Assembly (NCBI GenBank): GCA_964648335.1
Contig: CAZYLZ010000001.1
Coordinates: 93,449-157,448 of the forward strand
Length of the DNA: 64,000 bases
Reading direction: 5' to 3'
Source: an uncultured Candidatus Saccharibacteria bacterium
GTDB lineage: Bacteria; Patescibacteriota; Minisyncoccia; Phycocordibacterales; UBA2100
In this document: positions 40,701-48,028 of the stretch, one piece after another
Layout of the letters: each line of letters begins with the position of its first letter
Position numbering within the stretch: the stretch's first letter is position 1
Notes under the pieces: generated by a model
Databases searched by the model: none
Seen by the model: only the letters and a program-made list of their open reading frames with translations
Told to the model about the DNA's origin: nothing
Program-made: the position numbers and the translations under genes

Positions 40701-43387
40701 CAGGTAACGTGGCGGTGGCGGGGAACTTGAACGTCGCCGGTATCACGCTTCTCGGACAGGCAACTACCACGAACCTTCTGGTAACCGCATCGACTACTTT
40801 GCAGAACTTCACTGGACAGAACTCGACCACGACCAACGCCACTTCGACGACGTTGTTCGCCAACACCGCATCGACCACAAATCTCTTTGCATCCAACGGC
40901 ACTATCACGCGATCGACCACCACGAATGCAACTACCACTTCCTTGTTTGCGAACACGGCGTCTACGACTGATCTCTATTCGTCCAACAGCATCATCACCC
41001 GTGCAACCACGACAAACGCGACTACCACATCGCTCTTCGCGACCGTGGCGTCCTCTACAAATTTATTTGCTTCTAACTTCTCGCTCGGTAATCTTTCGGG
41101 CATCCTCAAAGCGACCGCAGGCGCCGTATCGACGTCGTTGGCAGACCTCACCACCGACATCACCGGCATCCTCCAGGTAGCAAACGGCGGAACCGGATGG
41201 GACAACCTTGTCGCCGGAACACTCCTTACCGGCAATGGCTCGGGCAAGGTGGCTACCACCACGATCGGATCCTCGCTCCAGATCTCGGGCTCGTCTCTTG
41301 GTCTCAATCTCTCGAATCCGAACATCTGGACCGGTCTCCAGACTTTCACCAACGCGTCGACCACCTTTGTCTCCGTCCTTACTAAGGCGTCGTTCGGATC
41401 GACCGCCACCACCACCATCGACTCGGCAGGTAACGTGGCGGTGGCGGGGACACTCGCCGTAACTGGGAACACGACATTGGCTGCGGCAACGACCTCGAAT
41501 TTACTCGTAACCGGATCAACAACTCTCCAAAACTTTACTGCTCGAAACGCGACGACAACGCAGGCCACGACTACGACACTCTATATCTCTTCTGCGCTAC
41601 GAGGGGCAGGGCTCAGTGCCTGTGCAAATGCTACCGATAAGCTTTTGTGGGATACAGCGACAGCGCAGTTTAGCTGTGGAACAGACGCGGGTGCCGGTAC
41701 TGGAATCGCAAACTTGGGTGCTGCAGGACAATTGCAGAACGGCGCATCTCAGACGTTTGCGACCTCGACAGACACCAATATTGGTCTCACGATCACGTCG
41801 CTCGCTAACGTGCATACGTTCACCACCATCTGGAACGGCATATTATCGGTGGCGCGTGGCGGCACTGGTTGGGCCACTATTCAGGCTGGTACCTTGCTCA
41901 CCGGTAACGGAAGCGGCGCGGTGGCGACGACCACTATAGGATCGTCCCTCCAAATCTCGGGATCTACGCTTGCACTCAACCTCACTAATGCGAATGTCTG
42001 GACGGGATTGCAGACCTTTGCAAATGCATCAACAACTTTGTTCGAATCCGTGACGCAATTTGCGCAGACCATACAGTCGACTTCGACAAACGCGCTAGTC
42101 ATCAAATCAAATCTTAGTTCGACTGCCGGCCTTACCTTGGGCGGCACCACCACACCGCAGATACTCGGCATTGATACGCTGAATACCCGCGTCAAGATCG
42201 GTACCGGCGGTGCTACGCCCGTTTTGTTCGTGCTCGACACCAAGAATACGGCAGGAGATCCGACAGGAGTCGATGGTGCGCAGTATTACAACTCGAATAC
42301 GAGCGATTATCGCTGCTTTAGCGGAACGACCTGGAGGAGCTGCGGCGGCTTGGCAGCGAGCTCGACAGGAGACGTGCAGTTCAAGAACGTCGATGGATCG
42401 TTTACCGCGTCTTCGAACTTTAACTGGAGCATGGCCAACAACGGCCTCACTATCACTGCATCATCGTCATCGCAGACGACCGATCTCTTTACTATCGCGT
42501 CGAGTACCGGAGCGCCAATGTTCGCTGTCAGCAGCAAAGGTGTTCTAGAGTTGGCCACGACTACTGACCCGGCGGCGCCTGCTGCGGGACAGCTCAATAT
42601 ATATGCGAAAAATATTGCCGGACGCATCATGCCCAAATGGATCGGCCCAAGCGGAGTCGATACTCCATTTCAGGCGAACCTCGGATTCAATCGCGTTTCT
42701 ATGATGATGCCGGCAGGAGGCACAACTGCGACTACATTCGTCGGCGGATTAGGCTCTACCTTTACCAACGTTGTGACAACCGCAGCAAACCCAACGCCTA
42801 CCACCGCAAGCTTACTGACATCGACACGTCGCGCAACATTCAGCACAGGTACGACCCTCAATACCATAACCTCACACCGCCAGAGCACGTTGCAGGTTAC
42901 GCGCGGGAATTCTTCGAATATCGGCGGCTTCTTCTATACGATACGATTTGGCACTTCGGTAACTCCGGCAGGTAATCGCGTGTTCGTCGGTCTTTCGGAT
43001 TCGGTGGCAGCACCTGCCAACCTCGATCCTTTGGTCACCGGCACTGGAATAGGTCGTGTGGGCATGGCAATTAATGCCAACACAGGCAACTGGAGTTTTG
43101 TGCACAACGTGTCCGGTACTGCGCCGACAGTCTATAACCTTGGTGCTAGTTTTCCCGTTGATAACACCAGTCTCTATGAGCTTATTCTTTTCTCTAAACC
43201 AAATGACACTGTCATAAGTTATCGCGTGAAGAACCTTGCGACGGGTGCAGAGTTAGCCAGTACGACGCTTTCAACCAACATTCCGGCCAATACAACTTAT
43301 TTAGCACCACAGTTCTGGATGGTAAACGTAGCTGCTGCCATCGCCACCTTCGATTTCGGTGGCTGGTACCTCGAGAGCGACCAATAA
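31739..43387 (+). CDS. giant secreted repeat protein (3882 aa): signal peptide, many nested tandem modules, a glycine-rich low-complexity segment, and a C-terminal jelly-roll-like domain
   Basis: Uninterrupted ORF; signal peptide ..LPLPAYAAVGV. Repeated GA(I/V)(L/V)LG.Y.G.GY(M/Q)Q(I/L)ATSSLGL.TT(N/D)(V/I).EG(S/T)NLYYQNARV(L)(T/S)YLD four times; STTS(A/T)DYWK(S/T)QNNFF about 10 times; VANGGTGW..L.AG(T/S)LL(T/Y)GNGSG..ATTT four times. Confidence 0.9.
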   Translation: MHRASKPSRAIFRALLRWQDLFAVLALSSTLLSPVLVLPLPAYAAVGVPRIINNQGRLMDANGSLLGGAGTDYCFKFSLFDDASVGSGSQVWPSVAPSIMTVPVKQGIYSVGVGDTDQGGDVLDYNFQDNDAVYLNVEVAAKVGATCAVGDGAETFENLSPRQRIFASGYAVNAATVGGFTPAQQATGNQIPVLSAGNLILAASNPFINATSTNALTLQGGGSVSGDIRFFNAGNKLTSAGNLTLTGSVTASGLSSFTNLLIGGLSTTTIQGTTSGTSTIQGFLNVLGTNSTSTFSGSIATPFLNLTGAGATSTAASGFDIAAGCFSIGGVCVGGVNSITANADNTLVVDPTGGNAIVGLNLSNANIWTGLQQFANASSSIFSAGKAFFGATATTTIDSAGNVDVAGTLDVSGNTTLAKATSTSFAITSVTNTLLKTDANGSVVPAVPGSDYLVSAVTSLGAAGQAQTGATQTFATSTTVTNGLTAAITITSSGNVHTFTPSVTGTLSALGGGTGIANPSAGGILIGSYVGGAYQQIATSSLGIRTTDVQEGSNLYYQDARVNSFIDASTTIPKTFSANVFSGLTTLNGGLTVGSLNGPLQANNGVVSATSSIGVAYGGTGVSTAPAYGQLLVGNAASGYSLVATSTLAIALTDTTGTLAVNRGGTGITSPTAGAIVLGDYSGTGYMQIATSSLGLLTTNVAEGSNLYYQNARVLTYLDSFDKGYFYSTTSADFWKSQNDFYSTTSADYWKSQSNFFSTSSVDFWKSQTNFYSTTSADYWKSQNSFFSTTSSDYFLSQNRGSAFSTTSATYFADASSTIAKTYSNNTFTGVNVFNGDTTLTNATTASLAVTGVTSSLLKTNADGSVVPAVAGVDYAAANASTFGKTFEIDASGYLAPTTSVTVRLPSGFVSQASSTVDGNLTVTGNLTAGNATVTHATSTSFFASVASSTNAFFTRFVTGNATATGAFAAANLAVTGSTTLQNVTAQNATTTNATSTSFFAGVLAATSGTIANIFGTNATITAATTTNLFATTASTTNLFASNLTFAGGQGTTSALAITGITNGLLGTNANGSISATSFSGPLSFFGNTLTITQANGATSGFLASSDWNVFNDKVSSTSLDTSAKLAALITDETGSGSLVFGTAPSITDGRFASTTLSGNVLITGNATGTNATTTTFYSTTASSTNLFTSNLSIGNLNGLLKSTNGLVATAIAGTDYISSVFKDWNVVNGVLVPTTTIGVIVSASSTFAGGITTSNATATNATTTSLFASIASSTSAFATKLFIGNGTSTGVFASNGLIVSGSTTLQDFAGANATMTNATSSSFFSSILYAFNGRIGDLIASTSATLASTTAYGRFITGTVVATSSTGTSTFSGAVGVGTTNPSYKVSIVGSTTAATSATGTAVLSVTNTNNTLSSGTNVLRLNIRTPFGTACTSGTTCPRFIEYVSGMANGSDTGGAGVGSLRLSTAGTGITQTSGAADFAEYMQLNSSADVGDLVSLNSSGQYQKAVAGQSLIGVISDNPAFVGNANLEGQPNAYVVGFAGVIQTTVSAENGSINAGDLIAATTTPGLGVKLTKSGYALGQALESYSGPGNGTIKVLVMPKYVDAAIVLDSYGGTTGGTSGYWSLATSTGEVSLASSTYSLLISGKLSAANASTTNISSTYASSTRAFVGALSVGNLNGVLKATGGLVSTALVNLTSEVTGTLPVLNGGTNISTPTAAGVLVGNYAGDGYMQVATSSLGLTTTNITEGTNLYYQNARVLSYLNTLDKGYFFASTSADYWKTQNNFFSTTSVDAWKLVNNFFSTTSTDYWKTQNNFFSTTSAMYFADASSTIAKTYSNNTFTGANVFNGDTTLGKATSSSFAVTGISSALVKANANGSFVPAIPGVDYAAANASTFGQTFEIGADGFLAPTSSIVVRLPNGFVSQASSTVDGNLTVTGSLAAGNATMTNATTTSLFASVASSTNAFFTRLITGNATSTGQFAAANLSVSGSTTLQNVSAVNATTTNATTTGSAYIANLSLGSALTASNGGTGISAPAAAGILLGNYAGGGYQQLATSSLGLSTTDITEGTNLYYQNARVLTYLDTFNKGYFYSTTSTDYWKTQNNFFSTTSADAWKLVSNFFSTTSSQYFLSQNQGAAFSTTSAMYFADASSTIAKTYSNNTFTGANVFNGNTTLGKATTTSFAITSVPAAILKTDANGSVIPAIAGVDYLTGSLYGKSFEIDASGYLAPTTSVTVRLPSGFVSQASSTVDGNLTVTGNVTAANATVTNATSTSLFASIASSTSAFATRLFVGNATATGVFAANGLIVSGSTTLQNFSGNNATTTNLYAVTASTTNLFVSNGTIVRSTTTNATTTTSFATTASSTNLFASNFSLGNLTGILKATAGTVSTALVNLATDVTGILQVANGGTGWAAVQAGSLLYGNGSGSLATTTQGSAGQMLAFLNGVPTWVATTTFSNGLTYANGNVTLSSQVALTNASSTAVSANDYLSVGRTATTTIRGETNATSTFAGGIQATALNLTGAATSSASGGFNLTAGCFAVNGTCLGNAQPGTNVVLTAVRNYTTTQQWTVPSNLVYAVVEVWGGGGGGGDGDGTGDGTGGGGAGGYASKTYTATTLVGTTSIQALVGAGGATTTSATGSTGGTSNFGGYATSTGGAGGVRANGGEGAGGAGGVGSGGDINLAGEPGGLGDTTMANQQGNGGSAPRGGNGGLGGNQTTGNGAVGGTCGGGGGGAGGAAGGGGTGCIVIYEYTATNVALGNGSVNSGSTGQVAYYNAAGQAVTGSSILYIDSVNGRVGVGSTTPAAALGVSGDAFINGRVTASHLTATGTLSVTGSTTLQNFTAGNSTTSNATSTNTFATTASSTNLFTSNFTLGGLTGILKATAGLVSASLVDLTTDITGILQVANGGTGWDNLVAGTLLTGNGSGKVATTTIGSSLQISGSSLGLNLSNPNIWTGLQTFTNASTTFVSVLTKASFGSTATTTIDSAGNVAVAGNLNVAGITLLGQATTTNLLVTASTTLQNFTGQNSTTTNATSTTLFANTASTTNLFASNGTITRSTTTNATTTSLFANTASTTDLYSSNSIITRATTTNATTTSLFATVASSTNLFASNFSLGNLSGILKATAGAVSTSLADLTTDITGILQVANGGTGWDNLVAGTLLTGNGSGKVATTTIGSSLQISGSSLGLNLSNPNIWTGLQTFTNASTTFVSVLTKASFGSTATTTIDSAGNVAVAGTLAVTGNTTLAAATTSNLLVTGSTTLQNFTARNATTTQATTTTLYISSALRGAGLSACANATDKLLWDTATAQFSCGTDAGAGTGIANLGAAGQLQNGASQTFATSTDTNIGLTITSLANVHTFTTIWNGILSVARGGTGWATIQAGTLLTGNGSGAVATTTIGSSLQISGSTLALNLTNANVWTGLQTFANASTTLFESVTQFAQTIQSTSTNALVIKSNLSSTAGLTLGGTTTPQILGIDTLNTRVKIGTGGATPVLFVLDTKNTAGDPTGVDGAQYYNSNTSDYRCFSGTTWRSCGGLAASSTGDVQFKNVDGSFTASSNFNWSMANNGLTITASSSSQTTDLFTIASSTGAPMFAVSSKGVLELATTTDPAAPAAGQLNIYAKNIAGRIMPKWIGPSGVDTPFQANLGFNRVSMMMPAGGTTATTFVGGLGSTFTNVVTTAANPTPTTASLLTSTRRATFSTGTTLNTITSHRQSTLQVTRGNSSNIGGFFYTIRFGTSVTPAGNRVFVGLSDSVAAPANLDPLVTGTGIGRVGMAINANTGNWSFVHNVSGTAPTVYNLGASFPVDNTSLYELILFSKPNDTVISYRVKNLATGAELASTTLSTNIPANTTYLAPQFWMVNVAAAIATFDFGGWYLESDQ
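39485..39990 (+). repeat. glycine-rich low-complexity coding segment (GGGGGGDGDGTGDGTGGGGAGG ... GGGGGGAGGAAGGGGTGC) within giant gene 2
   Basis: ggtggtggtggaggaggaggagacggagacggtaccggagacggtaccggcggcggcggc and following; G-rich but with no G-X-Y periodicity. Confidence 0.8.
40417..40724 (+). repeat. copy 1 of a 308-nt perfectly identical direct repeat inside giant gene 2 (726-bp period)
   Basis: Base-for-base identical to 41143..41450 on manual comparison; flanks diverge. Confidence 0.9.
41143..41450 (+). repeat. copy 2 of the 308-nt perfectly identical direct repeat
   Basis: Identical to 40417..40724; encodes DLTTDITGILQVANGGTGWDNLVAGTLLTGNGSGKVATTTIGSSLQISGSSLGLNLSNPNIWTGLQTFTNASTTFVSVLTKASFGSTATTTIDSAGNVAVAG in both copies. 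Confidence 0.9.
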
Positions 43388-43420
43388 AAAATGGTATTCT
43401 TTAGCAATAATTCGCACCGT

Positions 43421-44398
43421 ATGAAAAAGTTTATCGCTCGCATAGTCACACTCTCGGTCATCCTATCAATGGGGTCGTTTCAGACGGCGTTCGCGCAAGC
43501 GGTGCCTGATGCTGTAGCCGCCGAGATTCCTGCGGCAGTACCAGTCGTACCGGTGCCTGTCGAACCGGCTCCAACGCCCCCGATCGAGACGCCACCGGCA
43601 GATCCTGCTGGCGATGTGCAAAGTGTTCCTATAGAGCCAGGCACTGTTGCTGAGGCAACCACCGAAACCGTCCAAGAGACGTTTAATGTCCAAGACGGTA
43701 CCTCGGGGGTAACGCTTGAGACTACGACCAACCCCGAGACTGCGACCTCGACGGAGTCTGACGCAACGATTGTGCCAATCGTTGATGCGACATCTACGGA
43801 GGCGACAACAACGCCGGTGGTAGTCGTCGAGGCGACCACCACCGAACCCTCAATACCAGTACCCGACGCCGTGTTGGATGTGGTGACGCCGGACATCCAG
43901 TCGGTGCCGGTTGTCGAGGAGACCGTTGCCGATCCAGTGCCGGTGCCCGAGCCTGTTCCCGAACCTATCGTCCTCGATACCGAAGAACTCACTCCTTCGC
44001 CCGACTTTGCCTTCGCTCTCACGGGCCGGCAGATCCCTACGAAGCGCAAAGTAGAGAACGCCGAAGGGAAAGTGATCCGCGAAGAAGCGGTGTCGGCGCC
44101 GCTTTCGTCGACGGTAGACAACGCAAACGGAGTCATGCATGTGTCTGGCTCGTGCAGCGATGCCTACTTCGTCGTACTCCTCTTCAAGAACCAGAACGAC
44201 TATGCAGACGACCCAAGCTCGTACATCGTAAATCGCGCATACCCGTGTGTCGCCGGCGCGTACTCGTACTCGATTTCCGAGTTGCCGTTCGGTCTCAAAG
44301 ACGGCACGTACTACCTGCTCATCGGCCAGCAAGGAGAGCGCGGTGCATGGACGCCTATCACCGGACTTACCGAGATATCCATTAACAATAATCAGTAA
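43421..44398 (+). CDS. secreted Pro/Thr/Val-rich low-complexity protein with a Cys-containing C-terminal globular part
   Basis: ATG at 43421 gives MKKFIARIVTLSVILSMGSFQTAFAQA (signal peptide); PVPVEPAPTPPIETPPADPAGD tracts; the longer ORF call starts at 43391. Confidence 0.65.
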   Translation: MKKFIARIVTLSVILSMGSFQTAFAQAVPDAVAAEIPAAVPVVPVPVEPAPTPPIETPPADPAGDVQSVPIEPGTVAEATTETVQETFNVQDGTSGVTLETTTNPETATSTESDATIVPIVDATSTEATTTPVVVVEATTTEPSIPVPDAVLDVVTPDIQSVPVVEETVADPVPVPEPVPEPIVLDTEELTPSPDFAFALTGRQIPTKRKVENAEGKVIREEAVSAPLSSTVDNANGVMHVSGSCSDAYFVVLLFKNQNDYADDPSSYIVNRAYPCVAGAYSYSISELPFGLKDGTYYLLIGQQGERGAWTPITGLTEISINNNQ

Positions 44399-44404
44399 CG
44401 CATC

Positions 44405-44821
44405 ATGATCGACTTTATTCTAGAAAACGGATTCAAGAGCCTGATCTTCTGGGTCGTGGGCGTGCTCGCGGGAGGAGTCTTTGTGCTCGCAACAGGCATC
44501 GACTTTGGATCGGCGTTTCCTACACCTCCCGCGAACAAGTTTCAGGCAGTCTTCCTCTCTAACAACCAGGTCTACTTCGGACGGCTCCAAGATCTCGATG
44601 CCAACTATGTGACCCTGTCCGATGTGTACTACCTTCGTACGGCCTCCGATCTCGAGAATCAGAAGGACTCGGGCACAGGCCTCAATCTTATAAAGCTCGG
44701 CGGAGAGCTCCACGGGCCAGAGGACACAATCTACATACCGAAGTCGAGCATCCTCTTCTGGGAGAACCTCAAGGATTCGTCCCGGGTAGTGCAGTCGATT
44801 ATAGGATCAAAGACCAATTAA
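44405..44821 (+). CDS. small hypothetical membrane protein (one N-terminal TM)
   Basis: TM LIFWVVGVLAGGVFVLATGI; no recognisable motif. Confidence 0.55.
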   Translation: MIDFILENGFKSLIFWVVGVLAGGVFVLATGIDFGSAFPTPPANKFQAVFLSNNQVYFGRLQDLDANYVTLSDVYYLRTASDLENQKDSGTGLNLIKLGGELHGPEDTIYIPKSSILFWENLKDSSRVVQSIIGSKTN

Positions 44822-44841
44822 GAATTTAGAAACACTACCGT

Positions 44842-45306
44842 ATGCAACGCGAATCAATGGTCATTCATCTCAAGAACTCACAGGACGAAGCGCCCGACCA
44901 CGGACGCATACTCGAGCGCCCTGCAGCACCGCAACCTCCGCGAAAGAAGCGCAAGCCGCCGTACCTGCTTGTCGCGCTCTCGCTCATAACGATTGTGGCC
45001 GTCATCGGTGGCATCTTCTGGTTTACTCGTCCGTCGGCCTTCAAGCAGGGAACCGCCGAGATAAGCGCGGCCGAGATCACTTCGCTCGTCGACAAGGTGG
45101 GTGAACTCATGCTCTTGCCGACCGAAGAGAAGCCTACTGTCGCAACCGTCTCAGACCTCAATCCTCTCAAGGACCAGCTATTCTTCAAGAATGCCCATGT
45201 CGGCGACATGGTGCTCATGTACCCTAAAGCTCGTCGCGCGATCCTCTACAGCCCCTCAGAAAATAAGATCATCGAGGTAGCGCCTATCACCCTCGACGCA
45301 CAGTAA
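44842..45306 (+). CDS. small hypothetical membrane protein (basic N-terminus, one TM)
   Basis: KKRKPPYLLVALSLITIVAVIGGIFWF. Confidence 0.55.
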   Translation: MQRESMVIHLKNSQDEAPDHGRILERPAAPQPPRKKRKPPYLLVALSLITIVAVIGGIFWFTRPSAFKQGTAEISAAEITSLVDKVGELMLLPTEEKPTVATVSDLNPLKDQLFFKNAHVGDMVLMYPKARRAILYSPSENKIIEVAPITLDAQ

Positions 45307-45311
45307 GATGC

Positions 45312-46640
45312 ATGCGTGCGACCTCCAACACACAGAAGGTTCTCAGCGTCTTTCTGATGCTCGTATGGGTTATGTCGCCCGTATCTGCCGTCTTTGCCGA
45401 CAGCTTTTCGAGTACTAATTTCAAGGCAAAGGATCCCGTAACGAACAATTTTGGCGGGTCAGCCTCGTCGACCAGCTTCTCGTCGGTCCAGAGCGGAGGG
45501 CAGTCGGTGACGGGCGAATCTACGAGCACGAGTTACGCCATAACGATGGGCTATGCCTATTTCGAGACTTTTACGCCGCGATCGGGTAACTGGCAGTGGT
45601 TTTCTGACGAGACGAACGAGACACCAACCGCCGCGCTTGCGTCAGAAAACGTCGCGCCGAGCGATATGGGCGAGCAGGACGTTACCAAGCTGCGCATCAC
45701 GGTGCACGAGATTGCCGATATCGGTTCGAGCGGACAAAAGTTCCGCCTCCAGTATTCGACATCGTCTGATTTTTCTTCGGGCGGAATCTTCGTGTCCGAG
45801 CAGACGGTCTGTAACGGCTCCTCACAATGGTGCTATGCAGACGGTGCCGGAGTCGACAACGCGATCGTCACTACCTCTGTCCTTACCGATCCTGATTCGT
45901 GCGTAGCGAGCGTCGGCGACGGTTGTGGCACGCATAACGAATACGGCACCTCGACATCGCTCTACACGCACAAGAAGAGCGCATCGAGCGAATACGAGTT
46001 TACGATCACCCAGTCCGGCGCTGCTATCAATACTGTGTATTTTTTTAGGCTTTTCGATGTCGCCGCGAGCTCATCGGTGGCGGCGTCATCGACGTATCCG
46101 AGTCTCTCGACGGGCGGATCGTCACTCACATTTACCGTCGACGGTCTCGATTCGGGAACGGTGACCGAGGGACAGACGACCGGTGTCACCACGACTCCGA
46201 CGTCGATCCCGTTCGGTACCTTGCCGTTCGGCTCGCCGACAGCTGCTGCGCAGCGGCTGACCGTAACGACGAACGCGAATCAGGGATACCAGGTCTATGC
46301 TCTTGCCGATCAGGGGCTCATCGATCAGACCGGAGCCGAGATTGCTCCGGTGACGGGTACCGATAGTACGCCCTTGGGATGGTCGACCGCGTGCGACACG
46401 AACGCCGCCGGGTGTTACGGCTATCATACGGGCGAAGACGTGCTCTCGGGCGGGTCGACGCGATTCTCCGCCGACGATACATTCGCGAGTTTCTCGAACA
46501 CACCGCAAGAGATCGGATTCAGCGCGGTGCCAGCGGTCTCGAAGCAGACCGATGTCGTGGTCCGTGTACTCGCACGTACGAGCCAAGATGCCGGCGCTTA
46601 TGCGAGCAGCATCATGTACATCATCGTTCCTGTCTTCTAG
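45312..46640 (+). CDS. secreted protein with a C-terminal WxL-like domain (candidate CscB/C-like surface protein)
   Basis: Signal peptide ..MSPVSAVFA; C-terminal module TSIPFGTLPFG..AAQRLTVTTNANQGYQVYAL..GAEI..PLGWSTA.. ends ..YASSIMYIIVPVF; paralogous to the C-terminus of CDS 49651. Confidence 0.5.
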   Translation: MRATSNTQKVLSVFLMLVWVMSPVSAVFADSFSSTNFKAKDPVTNNFGGSASSTSFSSVQSGGQSVTGESTSTSYAITMGYAYFETFTPRSGNWQWFSDETNETPTAALASENVAPSDMGEQDVTKLRITVHEIADIGSSGQKFRLQYSTSSDFSSGGIFVSEQTVCNGSSQWCYADGAGVDNAIVTTSVLTDPDSCVASVGDGCGTHNEYGTSTSLYTHKKSASSEYEFTITQSGAAINTVYFFRLFDVAASSSVAASSTYPSLSTGGSSLTFTVDGLDSGTVTEGQTTGVTTTPTSIPFGTLPFGSPTAAAQRLTVTTNANQGYQVYALADQGLIDQTGAEIAPVTGTDSTPLGWSTACDTNAAGCYGYHTGEDVLSGGSTRFSADDTFASFSNTPQEIGFSAVPAVSKQTDVVVRVLARTSQDAGAYASSIMYIIVPVF

Positions 46641-46669
46641 TGTGCATAAGTGCTTAACCGATTACCTGT

Positions 46670-48028
46670 ATGCCCCGTAAAATACAACCTATGTTCGCGC
46701 GACTCGTGGCCCCGTTCTTTTTGGCAGTGATGGTCTTCTCTCATGCACCGCTGCCGGCGTACGCCGCGACCGACATGACTGCCACACCGGCGGTCATGGA
46801 CGAGAAGGCTAAGGCGCGAGACATCCTTAAGAAGGAGATCACGATCAAGAACACGAGCAGCCGCAAGCTGACCGTGTATCCGATCGTCAAGGATGTCGTA
46901 TCAGAGACGGGGGCGACGGGATTCGTACAGGCACAAGATAGCACTGAGCGATCTGCATCGCTTGCCAACTGGATCGAGCTTTCCCGAGGCGTAATCGAGC
47001 TCGGTCCCGGCGAAGAGAAAGTCGTCCCCTTCGTGATCCGAGCCAACCTCAATGCGACGCCGGACATGTATCATGCGTATATAACCTTCGGTGAGGGCAA
47101 TACGCGCGAAGTCGCAGAAGCGAAGCCACCCCTGGCGACTGTCACGGTCAATCTCGAGCTTCAGGCCGACCTCAAAGAGCTTTTGCAGTTGAATAAGTTC
47201 ACGACCGAGAATGTTTATTTTGCCGGAGATGACGTACGTCTGAGCTACCAGTTCGAGAACATTGGTAATCAGACGCTCGCTCCTGCAGGAGAGATTGTCA
47301 TTTACGACCGCAAAGGGTCAGAAGTAGCGACCCTGGAGATAAATAAGGAAGGGAAGTCGGTGTCGCCCGCACAGATGACACAATTCGCGTCGGTCTGGAC
47401 TGCGGCTAAAGGGTATGGAAAGTTCAAGGCGCTTTTGAGTGTGCGCTACGGATCTGACGAGAAAGGGACGCTCCAAGACACAGTGTTCTTCTGGATAATA
47501 CCGTGGAAACAGATTCTTGCGGCGTTCATCATCGGCATCATTCTCATAACGATTTTCGTATTCTATTTCCACGGCAAGATATCGCTCCGCAGGCGTCCAG
47601 GCCTCGTCGAGGCAGCACCGCTTGCAGCTGCGGTGCCGCGGATGTCTGCCGACATAGCACGGCCTGTCTCTGCCGTTTCAGATGCTCCTGTCGACGCTCC
47701 ACGCGAGGGCCTCGTCAAACGAGGGGTCATGTCGGTACTCCGTGGTGTCTTGTGGCCGTTTACCTTTGTTATGTCCTTGTTTAAGCGAAAAGCGCGCAAT
47801 CCCGAAGCGGCACGCATTCAGACTGAAGATACGTCAGTCCGCGCCGAGATTCCTGCATCGGCAGAGCGCGGCGGCTCTCCTGCTGCTGGTGATGCCGCGC
47901 CGCGCCGCGCGTCCTTCGATGAAGCGAATCAGGGCACGGTGATCGATCTTAAGAAGATTCGCAGCATGGACCGCTCGAAAGACATCGAACCGACCGACGG
48001 ACACGTGATAAATCTAAAGCGGCGATGA
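46670..48028 (+). CDS. CscA-like (DUF916/DUF3324-like) surface protein with a C-terminal TM anchor and a cytoplasmic tail of about 150 aa
   Basis: Signal peptide ..HAPLPAYAA; WIELSRGVIELGPGEEKVVPFVIRANLNATPDMYHAYITF; TM ILAAFIIGIILITIFVFYF. Confidence 0.55.
   Translation: MPRKIQPMFARLVAPFFLAVMVFSHAPLPAYAATDMTATPAVMDEKAKARDILKKEITIKNTSSRKLTVYPIVKDVVSETGATGFVQAQDSTERSASLANWIELSRGVIELGPGEEKVVPFVIRANLNATPDMYHAYITFGEGNTREVAEAKPPLATVTVNLELQADLKELLQLNKFTTENVYFAGDDVRLSYQFENIGNQTLAPAGEIVIYDRKGSEVATLEINKEGKSVSPAQMTQFASVWTAAKGYGKFKALLSVRYGSDEKGTLQDTVFFWIIPWKQILAAFIIGIILITIFVFYFHGKISLRRRPGLVEAAPLAAAVPRMSADIARPVSAVSDAPVDAPREGLVKRGVMSVLRGVLWPFTFVMSLFKRKARNPEAARIQTEDTSVRAEIPASAERGGSPAAGDAAPRRASFDEANQGTVIDLKKIRSMDRSKDIEPTDGHVINLKRR

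Noticed and set aside
32305-41568. Long minus-strand ORFs inside giant gene 2 (e.g. 32305..33057, 34681..35265, 38419..39105, 40060..40956, 40975..41568)
   Set aside because: They lie antisense to an intact 11.6-kb ORF in GC-rich repetitive sequence; the translations are low-complexity (Val/Ala/Pro-rich) and the exact-repeat geometry duplicates them (40471/41197). They are artefacts of codon composition, not genes
31739-43387. Giant gene 2 considered as a prophage tail-fibre gene
   Set aside because: It has fibre-like modular repeats and a Gly-rich hinge, but there are no phage structural, terminase or integrase genes anywhere nearby, and it carries a Sec-type signal peptide. It is more likely a cellular surface fibre
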